From: Eledone cirrhosa
Lineage: Eukaryota
Direction of reading: 5' to 3'
Assembly (NCBI GenBank): GCA_964016885.1
Contig: OZ024749.1
Span: forward strand, 17,360,001 to 17,424,000
Length of the DNA stretch: 64,000 nucleotides
A program made the position numbers and the translations under genes. Shown piece after piece: positions 61,566 through 64,000 of the stretch (the stretch's first letter is position 1; each line of letters starts with the position of its first letter). A model generated the notes under the pieces. The model ran no database searches. It had not been told where the DNA came from and saw only the letters and a program-made list of their open reading frames with translations.

Positions 61566-64000
61566 TTCATGGTACCATGAATGTAGGCACCTTAAAAGGC
61601 TGCTCTAACGAGGTTGTAGAAATGCTTAAAACGTAAGGAGGTTGATGTTTGCTGTATCCAAGAGACCAGGTGGAGGGGCGGGTCTGCTAGATTCATTGTG
61701 GGTAAAAAACGTTGCTATAAGCTTTTCTGGGTGGGAAATGACAATGGGATAGGTGGGGTAGGAATCATGTTAGCAGAAAAATGGGTGGATAAGATAAGAG
61801 ATGTAAATAGAGTGAATGACAGAATAATTAAAATATGACTTGTTCTAAATAGAACTACTGTGACAGTAATATCTGCATACGCGCCCCAATCCGGACTGCC
61901 TGGCGCTATAAAAGACAGATTCTATGAGACACTGATGCTCACTACCTCCCAAATAATCGACAGTGACTATATAATTATTGCTGGCGACCTAAATGGCCAC
62001 GTTGGACAACATTGTGACGGCTATGACAGAATCCACGGAGGCTATGGGTTTGGCACTAGAAACGAGGAAGGCTCCAGAATCCTGGAATTCTGTGATGCAA
62101 ATAACCTAACTATCTGTAACACTAACTTTAAAAAACGAGACAATCACGTGATCACATACAGATCAGGGGAACATACCAGCCAGGTAGATTATATCCTTAC
62201 CAGAAGACGTGACAGAGTGTCTGTTGTAAACACTAAATCCCTCTCCCATGAAGAATGCACCTCCCAACATAGACTGATAATTAGCGACCTCATAGTCAGG
62301 ACGAGACGTACTAGACAGCAGAAGAGGACTATCCTCAGGAGAAAAATATGGAAGCTAAAGGACCCCACAGCCAGAAATAAATTTAAAAGCATATTACTTG
62401 ATGCATTTGACAGTAAGGAAGAGCAATTAGAGTCGTACAATATAGAGGAACAGTGGGAATTCCTGAAAGCAAACCTGCTGATGGCGGCAGACGAAGTCTG
62501 TGGCTGGAGCAGGCCTGTAGGCAGGAGGAGAGTAACATGGTGGTGGAACAGTAAGGTGGAGGAGTCAATTAAGGCCAAAAAGCAGGCTTGGAAAGTATGG
62601 CGGGATGGGGGAAGTAGAGAAGACTATCAAGTGGCCAGGAGGGAAGGTCGGAGACAAGTGTACTTCGCAAGAAGGGAAGCAGAGGAAAGAAACTTCAAGC
62701 ATGTTCTACAACGCGAGGACCAAAAACGTGAGGTGTTCAAGATTGCTAGGCAATGTGTCAAGGAAAACCGTGATATTGTCGGGGAGAAGTGTGTACTTAA
62801 TGATGATGGCGTACTTGCCATCACTGACGCTGATAAGAAGGTAGCTTGGAAGTGTCACTACGAAAGGCTACTAAATGAGGAGAATAAATGGGAGAAAGAC
62901 AGTCTCCCCCACATCGACCCAATAGAGGGACCAGCAGTGTTAGTCGAAGGTAGTATAATAAGTAAGGCAATCAAAGATATGAAGACGGATAAGGCGGCTG
63001 GGCTTCGGAAATAGTCGCTGAGATGCTGAAAGCCTCTGGAACGGTGGGACACACCATGGTCACCCGGATAGTAAACCAAGTCATACAGAATGGGGTTGTT
63101 CCGAAGGACTGGTGTAGCAGCATCATCATTAACTGCTACAAGGGTAAAGGAGATGCCCTAGATAGGAGTAACTATAGAGGCATTAAATTAATCGACAAGG
63201 TCATGAAGGTCACGGAAAAAGTAATAGCGCAACTAATCAGAGAGAGAATTGATCTAGATGAAATGCAGTTCGGGTTTGTGTCAGGTAAAAGTACCACAGA
63301 CGCTCTTTTCATTGTACGACAACTACAGAAGTACCTAGCTAAAAGTAAACCCCTATACTTAGCCTTTGTCGACTTGGAGAAAGCCTTTGACAGAGTCCCC
63401 CGTTCCATTATCTGGTGGGCTCTTAGAAAACTAGGTGTTGATGAATGGCTTGTGAGAGCTATACAAGACATGTATAAAGAAACAGTCAGCAAGGTTAGAA
63501 TTAACAACGAATATAGTGAAGAGTTTAGCGTAAAAGTTGGTGTTCATCAGGGCTCTGTTCTTAGCCCCCTACTATTTATTATTGCCCTTCAGGCTATAAC
63601 AGTGGAGTTCAAGACCGGCTGCCCATGGGAACTCCTATACGCAGATGATATAACGCTCATAGCTGAATCAATAGCCAAGCTAGAGAAGAAATTCCAAACA
63701 TCTAAGCACGGCCTAGAATCAAAAGGCCTTAAAATTAACCTGGCTAAGACTAAAGTTCTAGTTTGTAGGAAAGAAAATAAGGCGCTGGTCCCTTCCGGGA
63801 AATGGCCATGCTCAGTGTGTAGGAAAGGCGTAGGTAGAAACCCCATTTTATGTCCCAAATGCAAAGTATGGGTGCATAAAAGATGTAGTGGGATCACAGG
63901 TAAGCTAACTAAGAACATAGATTTTACATGTGGCTGGTGCTCTGGTGCAATAAGTAGCAGCAAGTGCCCACAAATACTAGCTCTTTCAATTGCGCAGAGG
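61566..64000 (+). mobile_element. Young RTE LINE ORF (APE, RT, PHD-like finger), runs off the window; lightly disrupted
   Basis: GTMNVGTL start, QETRW, AYAPQ, GDLNGHVG, QVDYIL; RT FVDLEKAFDRV, GVHQGSVLSP, YADD at 63638-63649. Stops near 61634 and 61836, frameshift near 63005. Confidence 0.95.

Overview
AT-rich eukaryotic DNA with many microsatellites. The repeat content (RTE LINEs with (GAT)n tails, tRNA/CORE SINEs, single-exon C2H2 arrays) suggests a cephalopod, probably octopus; this is inferred, not checked. The window is part of a tandemly duplicated C2H2 zinc-finger cluster: one intact 9-finger ORF (8172-8927), a 3-finger pseudogene paralog (59648-59899) and an older remnant (about 31815-32260). 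These lie among decayed transposons: about a dozen RTE fragments, two Helitrons, a Penelope-like element with an inverted truncated partner, SINEs, MITEs, a possible LTR and many foldback duplications. The most notable signal that the ORF track does not explain is six type I hammerhead ribozyme folds from five unrelated sequence contexts. One lies in a non-coding 487-bp unit whose terminal redundancy starts 4 nt before the predicted cleavage site, as expected for a retrozyme-like element copied from a circular or multimeric RNA. All coordinates and folds were read by eye and need computational confirmation.
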